Below, piece by piece: positions 41,005 to 49,368 of a stretch of 54,346 nt of DNA. Position numbers and translations under genes: made by a program. Origin of the DNA: an uncultured virus (IMG/VR IMGVR_UViG_3300028394_003206) (Duplodnaviria; Heunggongvirae; Uroviricota; Caudoviricetes). The notes beneath the pieces are model-generated. The model had not been told where the DNA came from and ran no database searches. It saw only the letters and a program-made list of their open reading frames with translations. Location of the stretch: the IMG/VR virus record IMGVR_UViG_3300028394_003206, one strand, 5' to 3'. The stretch's first letter is position 1. The number at the start of each line of letters is the position of its first letter.

Positions 41005-41197
41005 AATTAAAGAATACTTTGTAAATTTATTTTCAAAACCTACTGAAAAAAGATTTATAGATGATTATGAATATAATTCTATTATGAAAAAAAGAGAAGA
41101 TAAATTAAATAAAATTTTAGACAAGATTTCAAAATCTGGTCATGATTCTTTAAATAATAGTGAAAAAATATTTTTGAAAAACTTTCAAAATAAATAA
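40994..41197 (+). CDS. DUF6576-like small protein
   Basis: LNKILDKISKSGHDSLNNSEKIFL; ATG 40994. Confidence 0.75.
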   Translation: MITKIKEYFVNLFSKPTEKRFIDDYEYNSIMKKREDKLNKILDKISKSGHDSLNNSEKIFLKNFQNK

Positions 41198-41229
41198 GAA
41201 CATATTACGGTTGGTAATAATGTTCAATA

Positions 41230-41262
41230 AAAAAACCCTTCTGCATCAAAAGGGTTTTTTTT
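41230..41262. terminator. Bidirectional terminator
   Basis: AAAAAAACCCTT/AAGGGTTTTTTT. Confidence 0.8.
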
Positions 41263-41271
41263 ATTTCTTAA

Positions 41272-41649
41272 TTAAAAATACATTAAAATTGTTTTTTTCC
41301 AAGTTAGATTAGTTCCATTTTGTTGATTTAAACTATTTAGATCTTCAATTGCAATTATCAACCAAGAACCTGAATTTAAATCACAAAAATGAACATTATA
41401 ATTTGGGTTTATATGCTTCATCAAAGAATTAAATGTTTCTTTTTTCTTATCATCTAAAAACACAGTTTTCTTATCAAAAGAAATATCTTTTATATCAATT
41501 ACAATAAATTTATCTTTAAATTCTGGTTTAGTTTTGATTTTAAAATCATTTTCATGCAATTCAAACTCCATTAAAAGAGCATCTTTAATATCAGCTAACA
41601 CATCCTCTAAGTTATCCTGGAAGTTTTCAAATAGTTTTATATATTTCAT
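41272..41649 (-). CDS. Hypothetical protein with capsid-targeting-like tag
   Basis: MKYIKLFENF; late motif 41654-41662. Confidence 0.8.
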   Translation of the reverse strand: MKYIKLFENFQDNLEDVLADIKDALLMEFELHENDFKIKTKPEFKDKFIVIDIKDISFDKKTVFLDDKKKETFNSLMKHINPNYNVHFCDLNSGSWLIIAIEDLNSLNQQNGTNLTWKKTILMYF

Positions 41650-41671
41650 GTAATATATATTAATTTTTGTT

Positions 41672-41791
41672 TTGTATTTTTAAAAACATTTATTATATTT
41701 GTATATATCAAATGAGAAACAAAATTAAAAAAACCAAATGAAAAATAAATAAAAATAAATTTGGTAGATTTAAAAAGAATTCTTATCTTTG
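41672..41791 (+). promoter_or_regulatory. Tandem host-type promoters for the 41838 gene and tRNA cluster
   Basis: TTG-N19-TATATTTG (41694) and TTG-N20-TATCTTTG (41784). Confidence 0.75.
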
Positions 41792-41837
41792 ATAAAAGAA
41801 ACAACAACTAATATTAACTTTAAAAATATATAAAACT

Positions 41838-42458
41838 ATGGCATCTTTATTTAATAAGGCAAAAAAAACAGCTCAACCTAAAGCAAAAGCTACTGATAAA
41901 AAAGTTAGACTTGTAGTGGAAGATTCTTCTTTCTTTTCTAAAGTAGAGAAATTAGAACAATTGCAAGAAACTCTTAAATCAGCAAAAGCTAAAGCTGATT
42001 TATTGTCTGATGAGTTGAAAGAAGTAGCTAAAGATAAATGGGTTGAATTATATGAGGAATCAGGTAAAAACCCAGAATCAGTTATGATTTGTGCTGAAAA
42101 TGAAGATGGTGACACTGCTCAATTAATGTATGTTCCAGCTGACCGTTACATCACAATTGATGAAGATCGTGCAACTGAATTAACTGATATCTATGGTGAA
42201 GGAATTGTAGAAGAAAAAACAACTTTCAGCTTTGATAATGCAATGATTGAAAAATATGGTGATATCATTTCTTCTTTAATTGAAAATTGTGATGAGATTA
42301 AAGAATCTGATAAAGACAAAATTATCAAAGCCGTTACTACATTCTCAATCGCAAAAGGAACAATTGATAACTTTAAACAATTCGGTGAAGTTAGTGAATT
42401 GATGGAAACTGTTAAACCAGTTGTTTCTATTAAAAATGTTGAAATTATCAAAGGATAA
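41838..42458 (+). CDS. Hypothetical early protein
   Basis: 206 aa with an N-terminal coiled coil. Confidence 0.85.
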   Translation: MASLFNKAKKTAQPKAKATDKKVRLVVEDSSFFSKVEKLEQLQETLKSAKAKADLLSDELKEVAKDKWVELYEESGKNPESVMICAENEDGDTAQLMYVPADRYITIDEDRATELTDIYGEGIVEEKTTFSFDNAMIEKYGDIISSLIENCDEIKESDKDKIIKAVTTFSIAKGTIDNFKQFGEVSELMETVKPVVSIKNVEIIKG

Positions 42459-42468
42459 TATTTAATAA

Positions 42469-42545
42469 GCGCTTATAACTCAGTTGGTTAGAGTGTCACA
42501 CTCATAATGTGAAAGTCCTAGGTTCGAGTCCTAGTTGGCGCACCA
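42469..42545 (+). tRNA. tRNA with CAT anticodon (Met or Ile2), CCA encoded
   Basis: Cloverleaf; TCACA-CTCATAA-TGTGA anticodon arm; CTAGG-TTCGAGT-CCTAG T-arm; ends ACCA. Confidence 0.9.
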
Positions 42546-42557
42546 AAAAAATAAAAT

Positions 42558-42631
42558 GGCACATTCGTCTAATGGTTAGGACGTTGGGTTTTCATCCCAG
42601 AAATGTTTAGGTTCGATTCCTGCATGTGCTG
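42558..42631 (+). tRNA. tRNA-Glu(TTC) copy 1, no encoded CCA
   Basis: GGCACAT/ATGTGCT acceptor stem; TGGG-TTTTCAT-CCCA anticodon arm; GGTTCGATTCC. Confidence 0.85.
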
Positions 42632-42636
42632 CTAAA

Positions 42637-42720
42637 ATGTTGCCCCCTGAGAAAGGGTGAAAGCAAGGTGATACCTAGAAATAGGGTCCTCACACAACAT
42701 AGAGGCTCTCAACCTCATAT
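42637..42720 (+). ncRNA. Structured tRNA trailer element, copy 1
   Basis: ATGTTG/CAACAT enclosing CCCT/AGGG and GTGA..CCTA-GAAA-TAGG..TCAC, followed by a hairpin. Confidence 0.5.
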
Positions 42721-42794
42721 GGCACATTCGTCTAGTGGTTAGGACGCTGGGTTTTCATCCCAGAAACGTTTAGGTTCGATTCCTGCATGTGCTA
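42721..42794 (+). tRNA. tRNA-Glu(TTC) copy 2, no encoded CCA
   Basis: Near-identical to copy 1 (4 differences). Confidence 0.85.
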
Positions 42795-42797
42795 CTA

Positions 42798-42875
42798 AGA
42801 TTTACCCAAAGGCATGGGTGACAAGAAGTTGTGGTTAATTATGACTACACAATCTAAATAGGTGCTTCCTATTTA
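42798..42875 (+). ncRNA. Structured tRNA trailer element, copy 2
   Basis: AGATT/AATCT enclosing ACCCA/TGGGT and TGTGGTTA/TGACTACA, then a TAAATAGG/CCTATTTA hairpin. Confidence 0.5.
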
Positions 42876-42943
42876 TTCAATCCCACTTAAAATTAAACAT
42901 AATACAATTATATTTATATAATAAACTATAGATTATATAAAAT

Positions 42944-43699
42944 ATGAATTATATTACAACATATTCTGAATTCATGTTGAATGAGACATTAAAAACTCAT
43001 GATATTAATTTTACATTTAATAATGTGAATAGAGAATTATCCCTTTTAAGAATTAATTTCAATATTAATATAAATTTGAATAAAATTGAAATAATATTAT
43101 TGGGATTTAGATTTTTGAAAGATGTTAAAATTTATTTAGATTTATTAAATAATTTATTAATTGATCGCCATGGTTGGTTTCCAAGTGAGATGGAGATTAC
43201 AAATATCTCAAATATGAAGAATATATTACCATATGATGAGGAAGCATTATTAGATAATAAAAACAATATATATTATCAAGATGTTAAGATAGTATATGAA
43301 GCAAAGTATGATAGATTAGTTAATATACCTGATAAACTATATCATTTATCCATACAACAATATGAGAATAGTGTTTTGAAAAATGGTTTAATACCAAAAT
43401 CAAAATCAAAATTATCAAAACATTTAGACAGAATATATTTATGTTCAAATCCAAAAGATTGTTATAATTTAATAAGTAAAATGAATTTTTTATATATGAT
43501 GAATAAATTCTCAAAAAGTAAAAATAATATAAATACAAAATGGATAATATATGAGATTGGAACAACTGATTTAGATTTGAAATTATATCAAGATCCAAAT
43601 TACACAGTTCACGGTGTTCACTATACAAATAGCACTGCTGCATATACAACCGATAATATAAATCCTAATAATATCACAGTATTTGATAAAGAAAAATGA
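42944..43699 (+). CDS. Tpt1/KptA-like ART-fold protein with capsid-targeting-like tag
   Basis: KLYHLS...SVLKNGLIPK...RIYL...LYQDP...YTTDNINP; starts MNYITTYSEFMLNE. Confidence 0.6.
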   Translation: MNYITTYSEFMLNETLKTHDINFTFNNVNRELSLLRINFNININLNKIEIILLGFRFLKDVKIYLDLLNNLLIDRHGWFPSEMEITNISNMKNILPYDEEALLDNKNNIYYQDVKIVYEAKYDRLVNIPDKLYHLSIQQYENSVLKNGLIPKSKSKLSKHLDRIYLCSNPKDCYNLISKMNFLYMMNKFSKSKNNINTKWIIYEIGTTDLDLKLYQDPNYTVHGVHYTNSTAAYTTDNINPNNITVFDKEK

Positions 43700-43711
43700 T
43701 TAAAAATAAAA

Positions 43712-43891
43712 ATGGAAATGATTAAAAAAATGATTAAATCTTTACCTAATGACATGGATTTGGGTAGAGAATTTCGCCGTTGTGTAAATAATAATATAAT
43801 CATAGGTGATAATAAAACTTATATTGATGTTGTTAAAAAAAATCCTAATGATATGGATTTAGGTGAAAAAATTCGTAAATTGTTCAGATAA
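43712..43891 (+). CDS. 59-aa protein with two PNDMDLG repeats
   Basis: Manual translation ...SLPNDMDLGREFR...KNPNDMDLGEKIR. Confidence 0.75.
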   Translation: MEMIKKMIKSLPNDMDLGREFRRCVNNNIIIGDNKTYIDVVKKNPNDMDLGEKIRKLFR

Positions 43892-43893
43892 AT

Positions 43894-44412
43894 ATGGAAA
43901 ATTTAAATAATTGGATAGTATTTAATGAAATAATGAATAGTCCACTTCCAATAAAATGGATTGATAAGGATGATAAATTAAGAGGTTTATTTGTAGTTAA
44001 TGAAAATATATATCAAATAGTATGTGAAGATAAAGGATTTGATATATGGAAATATGATTTTTACCATTACAAAGAAAATAAAGAATTTAATCCAGAATTG
44101 ACAAATTTAGATAAAGATAAATACAGAGTTCTTTCCACTGTAAATTCAGGAATGGATTATTTATATTCTACTAAAAAAGTAGATGCAATTATTTTTGGTG
44201 CAACTGATAATTCTAGTGGGCGTAAAAAATTGTATGAAAGATTTTGTAACGATTTTAGTAAAAAAAATAATTTAAAATATTATACACAAATATATTCAAA
44301 CCCAGAATTAGATTTAGATCAACAACTTTTTGTTTTATATAAAGAAACTATTGATATGGATATTTTAAAACAAACAATTTATAATACAATAGAAGAAGAA
44401 AAATTTAGATAA
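43894..44412 (+). CDS. Hypothetical phage protein
   Basis: 172 aa; FGA...GRKKLYERF motif. Confidence 0.8.
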   Translation: MENLNNWIVFNEIMNSPLPIKWIDKDDKLRGLFVVNENIYQIVCEDKGFDIWKYDFYHYKENKEFNPELTNLDKDKYRVLSTVNSGMDYLYSTKKVDAIIFGATDNSSGRKKLYERFCNDFSKKNNLKYYTQIYSNPELDLDQQLFVLYKETIDMDILKQTIYNTIEEEKFR

Positions 44413-44413
44413 T

Positions 44414-45052
44414 ATGTTTAATACTTATAATGGGATGGAAACTGTAAAAGAAGATGGTTTCCAAGTTTTTAAAAATAATGATATATATAATCTAATTAAT
44501 ACATTTTCTACTGATTTAGAAGATATTGCTACCAATTGTCTTAATAAAGATGTATTTAGAACAAAATTAGGTGATATTAAACAAATTCAAAATCTTAATT
44601 TCTCTGAATTAAATCCTTTATTAGCAGATTTAATTCATGCAAAGGATTATGAAGTTTTAAACAATCAATATTTTTGTAAACCACCAAATTATAAAATGAC
44701 TTCAGCACATCAAGATAATGCTTATTTTGATTCTAACGATGATGTATTTACATTTTGGATTCCATTACAAGATGTGGATTTAATTAATTCTTGTATGTTT
44801 TATGTTCCAGGTAGCCATAAAAATGGTTTAGTTGAACATAAAGTGATTGGAACAAATGTTAGAACTAGAACAGGTAAAACAGGGTTTTCTTTATATTCTG
44901 ATTATTTTAAAAATAAAGAATTTGTTAAAGTTCCAATGAGAAAAGGTGATGTTTTAATACATGATAAAAATACAATGCACTTTTCATCCCCTAATTTATC
45001 TGATGATTACAGAATTGCTATCACTTGTATAATGAAAGTTCAATTGTTCTGA
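44414..45052 (+). CDS. PhyH-family 2OG-Fe(II) dioxygenase
   Basis: FCKPP, AHQD, WIPLQD, VPGSHK, GDVLIH, HFSSPNLSDDYR. Confidence 0.92.
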   Translation: MFNTYNGMETVKEDGFQVFKNNDIYNLINTFSTDLEDIATNCLNKDVFRTKLGDIKQIQNLNFSELNPLLADLIHAKDYEVLNNQYFCKPPNYKMTSAHQDNAYFDSNDDVFTFWIPLQDVDLINSCMFYVPGSHKNGLVEHKVIGTNVRTRTGKTGFSLYSDYFKNKEFVKVPMRKGDVLIHDKNTMHFSSPNLSDDYRIAITCIMKVQLF

Positions 45053-45102
45053 TTACTATATTTTCCATGTTATAAATATAATTATTTTTTATATATAAAC
45101 AT

Positions 45103-45744
45103 ATGACAAATGAAATTAAATTAAGAGATCTTTATATCAGAGGTTTATACACAACTGACCACATATATAAACATATTTTATTTACTAAAAATTTCTATGA
45201 ATTAAAATTGTTAAATGAAATAAGTAAAATGGGATTATCAGGAACTTATATTGACATTGGTGCTAATATAGGAAATCACAGTTTATTTTTTTCTAAATAT
45301 TGCAATTCAAAAAATGTTTATTCATTTGAAATAGATGAAAATATATTTAATGTTTTAAAAACCAATATAATTAAGAATAATTTAAATATTAAAGCTTTTA
45401 ATATTGGGATTGGTGAATGTGAAAAATTTGTAAATATATCTCATATAGATCCTAATAATACTGGTATTACTAAAATTATTGATGAGGTTGGTGATATTAA
45501 AGTTATACCATTAGATAATATGGATATTAATGATGTTACATTGATTAAAATTGATGTGGAAGGGTATGAGTTAAATGTATTAAAAGGATGTGTTAAAACG
45601 ATTGAAAAATATAAACCAGTTTTAGTTGTAGAATTGCAAACAATTGAATTATTTAATGAATTTAATGATTTGGTTAAAGAATATGGATATTTTTCTGATG
45701 TTGTTAATTATTCATCAACACCGACATATATTTTTAAAATATAA
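45103..45744 (+). CDS. FkbM-family methyltransferase
   Basis: IDIGANIGNHS, SFE, LIKIDVEGYE...VLKG. Confidence 0.92.
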   Translation: MTNEIKLRDLYIRGLYTTDHIYKHILFTKNFYELKLLNEISKMGLSGTYIDIGANIGNHSLFFSKYCNSKNVYSFEIDENIFNVLKTNIIKNNLNIKAFNIGIGECEKFVNISHIDPNNTGITKIIDEVGDIKVIPLDNMDINDVTLIKIDVEGYELNVLKGCVKTIEKYKPVLVVELQTIELFNEFNDLVKEYGYFSDVVNYSSTPTYIFKI

Positions 45745-45970
45745 AAAGATAGATTTAATATACTTTAAAAATATTTAAAATTATATGGCAACACAACATA
45801 GAATAATAAATTCAGGTTCATTAGAAACTTTAAATGGTAAAACATCTTTATCTAATTATAATAATTTACAATACATGAAAGTTAGTTATGGTGCTATGTA
45901 AATATAAAAACAATATTTTAATTTTTTATATAAAATTATTATTATATTTGTAAAATAAAATTAAGGTAAA

Positions 45971-46393
45971 ATGGTAAAATGGTTTTTAAATTTATTTAAA
46001 AAAGTAAAAAATGAAACTCATGTTTCTAATAGAATTCATGTAAAAGATGTTCAAGCTGGGCAAATTATTCAAGTTGAATGGCATAAAATAAAGGGTGGCA
46101 TTGGTTTAATGAAATGTATTTCAAATGACCCAGAAACTGAAAAAATACTACTTGAAGTTGAATGGGACAATTTTAAAGAGACTGAAAGTCCTCAATTTGA
46201 AAAATTAATTTTAAATTATAGTGATAAAGAATTAGCAAACTTTCACTTACTTAATTGTAATAGATTATTTAAACCTAATGTTGAAAAAGAAGATTTGGAA
46301 ACATTAGAAAAAAAATTAAATGATGCAATTAATGATGAAGATTATGAAAAAGCTGAATTAATTAAAAAGAAAATAAATAAACTTAAATCTTAA
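45971..46393 (+). CDS. Protein with C-terminal UVR (UvrB/UvrC) motif
   Basis: LEKKLNDAINDEDYEKAELIKKKI; promoter at 45943. Confidence 0.8.
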   Translation: MVKWFLNLFKKVKNETHVSNRIHVKDVQAGQIIQVEWHKIKGGIGLMKCISNDPETEKILLEVEWDNFKETESPQFEKLILNYSDKELANFHLLNCNRLFKPNVEKEDLETLEKKLNDAINDEDYEKAELIKKKINKLKS

Positions 46394-46396
46394 AAT

Positions 46397-46723
46397 ATGG
46401 AAGAATTGTATGTAAAACCAGGTTATTGGTTTGAAGCTGAAATAAATGGAAAAAATTACAAATGTAAAATTAAAAAATGGGGTTATACATTTGCAACTAT
46501 TCATGTAAAGCATAAAATTGGATTTAAAAGAATGAAGAAATATTTTTTATTTGGTCCTATGATTGATATGCCTGTGTTTGAAACTGTAACTCGCTCCCAT
46601 AGATCAGATGGTGTTGATCCAGTAATGGAATTTCAATCTTTTTATAAAGCAAAAGGGATAAAAATGATCATAGAGAAAATTATTGAACAAAAACCACCTC
46701 GAAAACATTCATATAAAATTTAA
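46397..46723 (+). CDS. Hypothetical protein
   Basis: 108 aa. Confidence 0.75.
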   Translation: MEELYVKPGYWFEAEINGKNYKCKIKKWGYTFATIHVKHKIGFKRMKKYFLFGPMIDMPVFETVTRSHRSDGVDPVMEFQSFYKAKGIKMIIEKIIEQKPPRKHSYKI

Positions 46724-46740
46724 ATTATAAAAATAAAAAT

Positions 46741-47463
46741 ATGTTAAATTTAGTAGAAGTGTTTGATGACACAAATTTAAAATCATCAAATTATAAAAAT
46801 GGTATTACAACTAAACATTTTGATAATGAAATTATTAATAGGAATGTAAACCAAAGTAATAATATCGAAGTTTTAAACCTGGATACAGTTTCAGCTATTA
46901 CAGAGTTTTCTAAATATGGTAAAACTTGTGCTCTTAATATGGCATCATATAAGAAACCTGGTGGTGGAGTTAGAAATGGTGCTAGAGCACAAGAAGAGTG
47001 TTTATTTAGATGTTCTAATCTTATATCTTCTATATCCACAGATTTCTATCCATTAGCTGATGATAGTTGTTTATATACAAAAGAAGCAACATTTTTTAAA
47101 GATAAAGATTATAATGATATGGAACAAGTTAAAGCTGATGTTATAACAATAGCAGCTGTTAATTTAAATGGGGTTGATGCTTTAAAATATCATTATAATC
47201 AATTAGAATATATTGAATTAACATTGAACAAGATAAGATTAATGTTATCAATCCCACAAAAAAATGGAGTTAAAAACTTAATATTAGGTGCTTTTGGTTG
47301 TGGAGTATTTAACAATGATCCTAATTTTATGGCTGAAAAATTTAGAAGAGTTTTAATTGATGAAGGTTATTCATCTTTTTATGATAAAGTGATTTTTGCG
47401 ATTATAAATGATCACAATTCAGTAGGTAATAATTATAGTATTTTTTCAGATAAATTTAAATAA
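46741..47463 (+). CDS. TIGR02452 / DUF2263 macrodomain (bacterial PARG-like ADP-ribosyl hydrolase)
   Basis: LNMAS..PGGG...GARAQEECLFRCS and LILGAFGCGVF motifs. Confidence 0.92.
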   Translation: MLNLVEVFDDTNLKSSNYKNGITTKHFDNEIINRNVNQSNNIEVLNLDTVSAITEFSKYGKTCALNMASYKKPGGGVRNGARAQEECLFRCSNLISSISTDFYPLADDSCLYTKEATFFKDKDYNDMEQVKADVITIAAVNLNGVDALKYHYNQLEYIELTLNKIRLMLSIPQKNGVKNLILGAFGCGVFNNDPNFMAEKFRRVLIDEGYSSFYDKVIFAIINDHNSVGNNYSIFSDKFK

Positions 47464-47464
47464 T

Positions 47465-47944
47465 ATGAAAATTGAAATAGTAGATAAAAATGGAAGTGAG
47501 ATAACATCTTTTGATTTAGATTCTAATCCATTTAAAATAGGTGAAGTTATTAACATAGATATTAAAAATCATGATAATAGTTTCTGGGATAAAAAAGAAT
47601 TGTATAAAGAATATCGTATTGAAAAAATTAATCATTTTTTAAGACAAATATATGGTAAGGGTAGAAATTATAATTCTGTTTTTGTAGTAAGTGTTCGAGT
47701 AAGTGAAATTGAAAACCCTGTTTTTCATAAAGTTAAAATAATTGCATCAGAAGAACAATTGGAACAATTTGGATATAAACCACTTGTTTCCGGATTAATT
47801 TACAAGGCAACACCTTCATTAGAAGGCAGTTTTTGGACTACAAAGTTAATAAGATTTAATAAATATTATGATGTTCATTATGATGAAACAACAATTGTAA
47901 AAGGTGTATGGTTTGAAAGATTAGAAGTAATAGGTATTTTATAA
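47465..47944 (+). CDS. Hypothetical protein
   Basis: 159 aa. Confidence 0.75.
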   Translation: MKIEIVDKNGSEITSFDLDSNPFKIGEVINIDIKNHDNSFWDKKELYKEYRIEKINHFLRQIYGKGRNYNSVFVVSVRVSEIENPVFHKVKIIASEEQLEQFGYKPLVSGLIYKATPSLEGSFWTTKLIRFNKYYDVHYDETTIVKGVWFERLEVIGIL

Positions 47945-48109
47945 TTATGGAAAAAAGAACATTTGTAGAATGGTTAAAATATAAACCAAGTGAACATATT
48001 AATAAAGATAAGAACGTTGATGAAAGTGATGATTTAACTATTCATTATTTTGAATATTTTCTTTTTAAATAATGGAACTTTTTTAAATATTTTTTACTAT
48101 ATTTGTTTT

Positions 48110-48634
48110 ATGAAATTAATTAAAAATTATGATGGCTATGATTATGCATTATTAGATAGAACTAATATATGTGTAGCTACTACTGAAGATAAACTATCTA
48201 AAGATAAATGTGATTTAATATTTTTTGATGTTGATAAAATAGCAGATGATGAATATGTAGATTGTTATCCAGAATATATGAAAGATAGTTTTATCAATGT
48301 ATTTAAAAATGGTTTCAATAAAGCAATGAATTTAAATAGTGATAAGTTATTTACTATTGATGATATATATGAAGCTATTAGAATGGCAAAGAGACATGAT
48401 GAAATTCCCAATCATGATGGTATTATTGTAAGTTTTGATTATTCAAAAGAAGAAATAATCAAATCACTACAAAAGCAAAATAGTTTAGAAGTTGAAGTGG
48501 ATGTTTGTTATGAGAATGATTGTTATGCAACCAGTCCAACAAATTGTTCAAAAACTTCATTTGAATGTAAATTTTGCACACCTGTTAGAATGATGATAGA
48601 TGAAGATGGTTTTTTAATACTTAAAAGAAAATAA
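48110..48634 (+). CDS. Hypothetical protein, probably leaderless
   Basis: ATG at the fifth position after TATATTTG (48098-48105); Cys cluster near the C-terminus. Confidence 0.75.
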   Translation: MKLIKNYDGYDYALLDRTNICVATTEDKLSKDKCDLIFFDVDKIADDEYVDCYPEYMKDSFINVFKNGFNKAMNLNSDKLFTIDDIYEAIRMAKRHDEIPNHDGIIVSFDYSKEEIIKSLQKQNSLEVEVDVCYENDCYATSPTNCSKTSFECKFCTPVRMMIDEDGFLILKRK

Positions 48635-48635
48635 T

Positions 48636-49172
48636 ATGGAAAATAAAGAAATTGAAAGTAAATTATTTGAACTTGTAAAAGCTTGTATCAATGATGAAAA
48701 TTTTATAATGAATCGTGTAAAAACTGATCGTTTTGATTATAGATATCATTGTGATGTATACACTGGTGTTGTTCTTAGAATAGATGAAATGAGTAAAATT
48801 GTACCTAAATATGGTAAATGTATAAGAGAAAAAGAATATAATTTTCAATTATTTTTCGAAAATACACCAGATATAATTATAAAAAGTGAGTTTATTGATG
48901 AGAAAATATCATATGAAGATGTTTTAGTTAAACGTTCTGATGTGTATAATTATAATCCTTTTGATGTATTTAAAAGCAGAATGGTTACAGTTAAAAATGA
49001 AATAAAAACTTATACACATGGATATTTTTTAACATGTGGTGAATTTAAAGTTAGTTTAACAAATCAACAAGTTTTAGAATTATTTGAACTTTATCAAAAC
49101 AATTTAATAGAATTCAAAAAGAAAAAGGAAAGTGTAGAAATTATTTCAAGATTTGAACAATTTTTAAAATAA
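48636..49172 (+). CDS. Hypothetical protein
   Basis: 178 aa. Confidence 0.75.
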   Translation: MENKEIESKLFELVKACINDENFIMNRVKTDRFDYRYHCDVYTGVVLRIDEMSKIVPKYGKCIREKEYNFQLFFENTPDIIIKSEFIDEKISYEDVLVKRSDVYNYNPFDVFKSRMVTVKNEIKTYTHGYFLTCGEFKVSLTNQQVLELFELYQNNLIEFKKKKESVEIISRFEQFLK

Positions 49173-49177
49173 AAAAT

Positions 49178-49363
49178 ATGGCAACTAAAATAACAAAATG
49201 TGAAAATTGTGGTTCATATTCTATCAAAGAACTAAATTCAGAAGATAAAAAAACAACACAAACTATTTTAGTTACAATTAATTGCAAGTGTAATGATTGT
49301 GGTGAGGAATTTACAATTAAATCTTCCACTGATTATGGTAGAAAAAGATTTATTAGATATTAA
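49178..49363 (+). CDS. Zinc-ribbon protein
   Basis: CENCGS...CNDCGEEF. Confidence 0.8.
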   Translation: MATKITKCENCGSYSIKELNSEDKKTTQTILVTINCKCNDCGEEFTIKSSTDYGRKRFIRY

Positions 49364-49368
49364 AAAGT

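Noticed and set aside
42632..42720. Theta (HDV-like) or hammerhead ribozyme
   Set aside because: A UCCUCAC segment is present but P3 and P2 pairings cannot be built; CUGAGA...GAAA lacks stem II. Kept only as an unclassified structured RNA.
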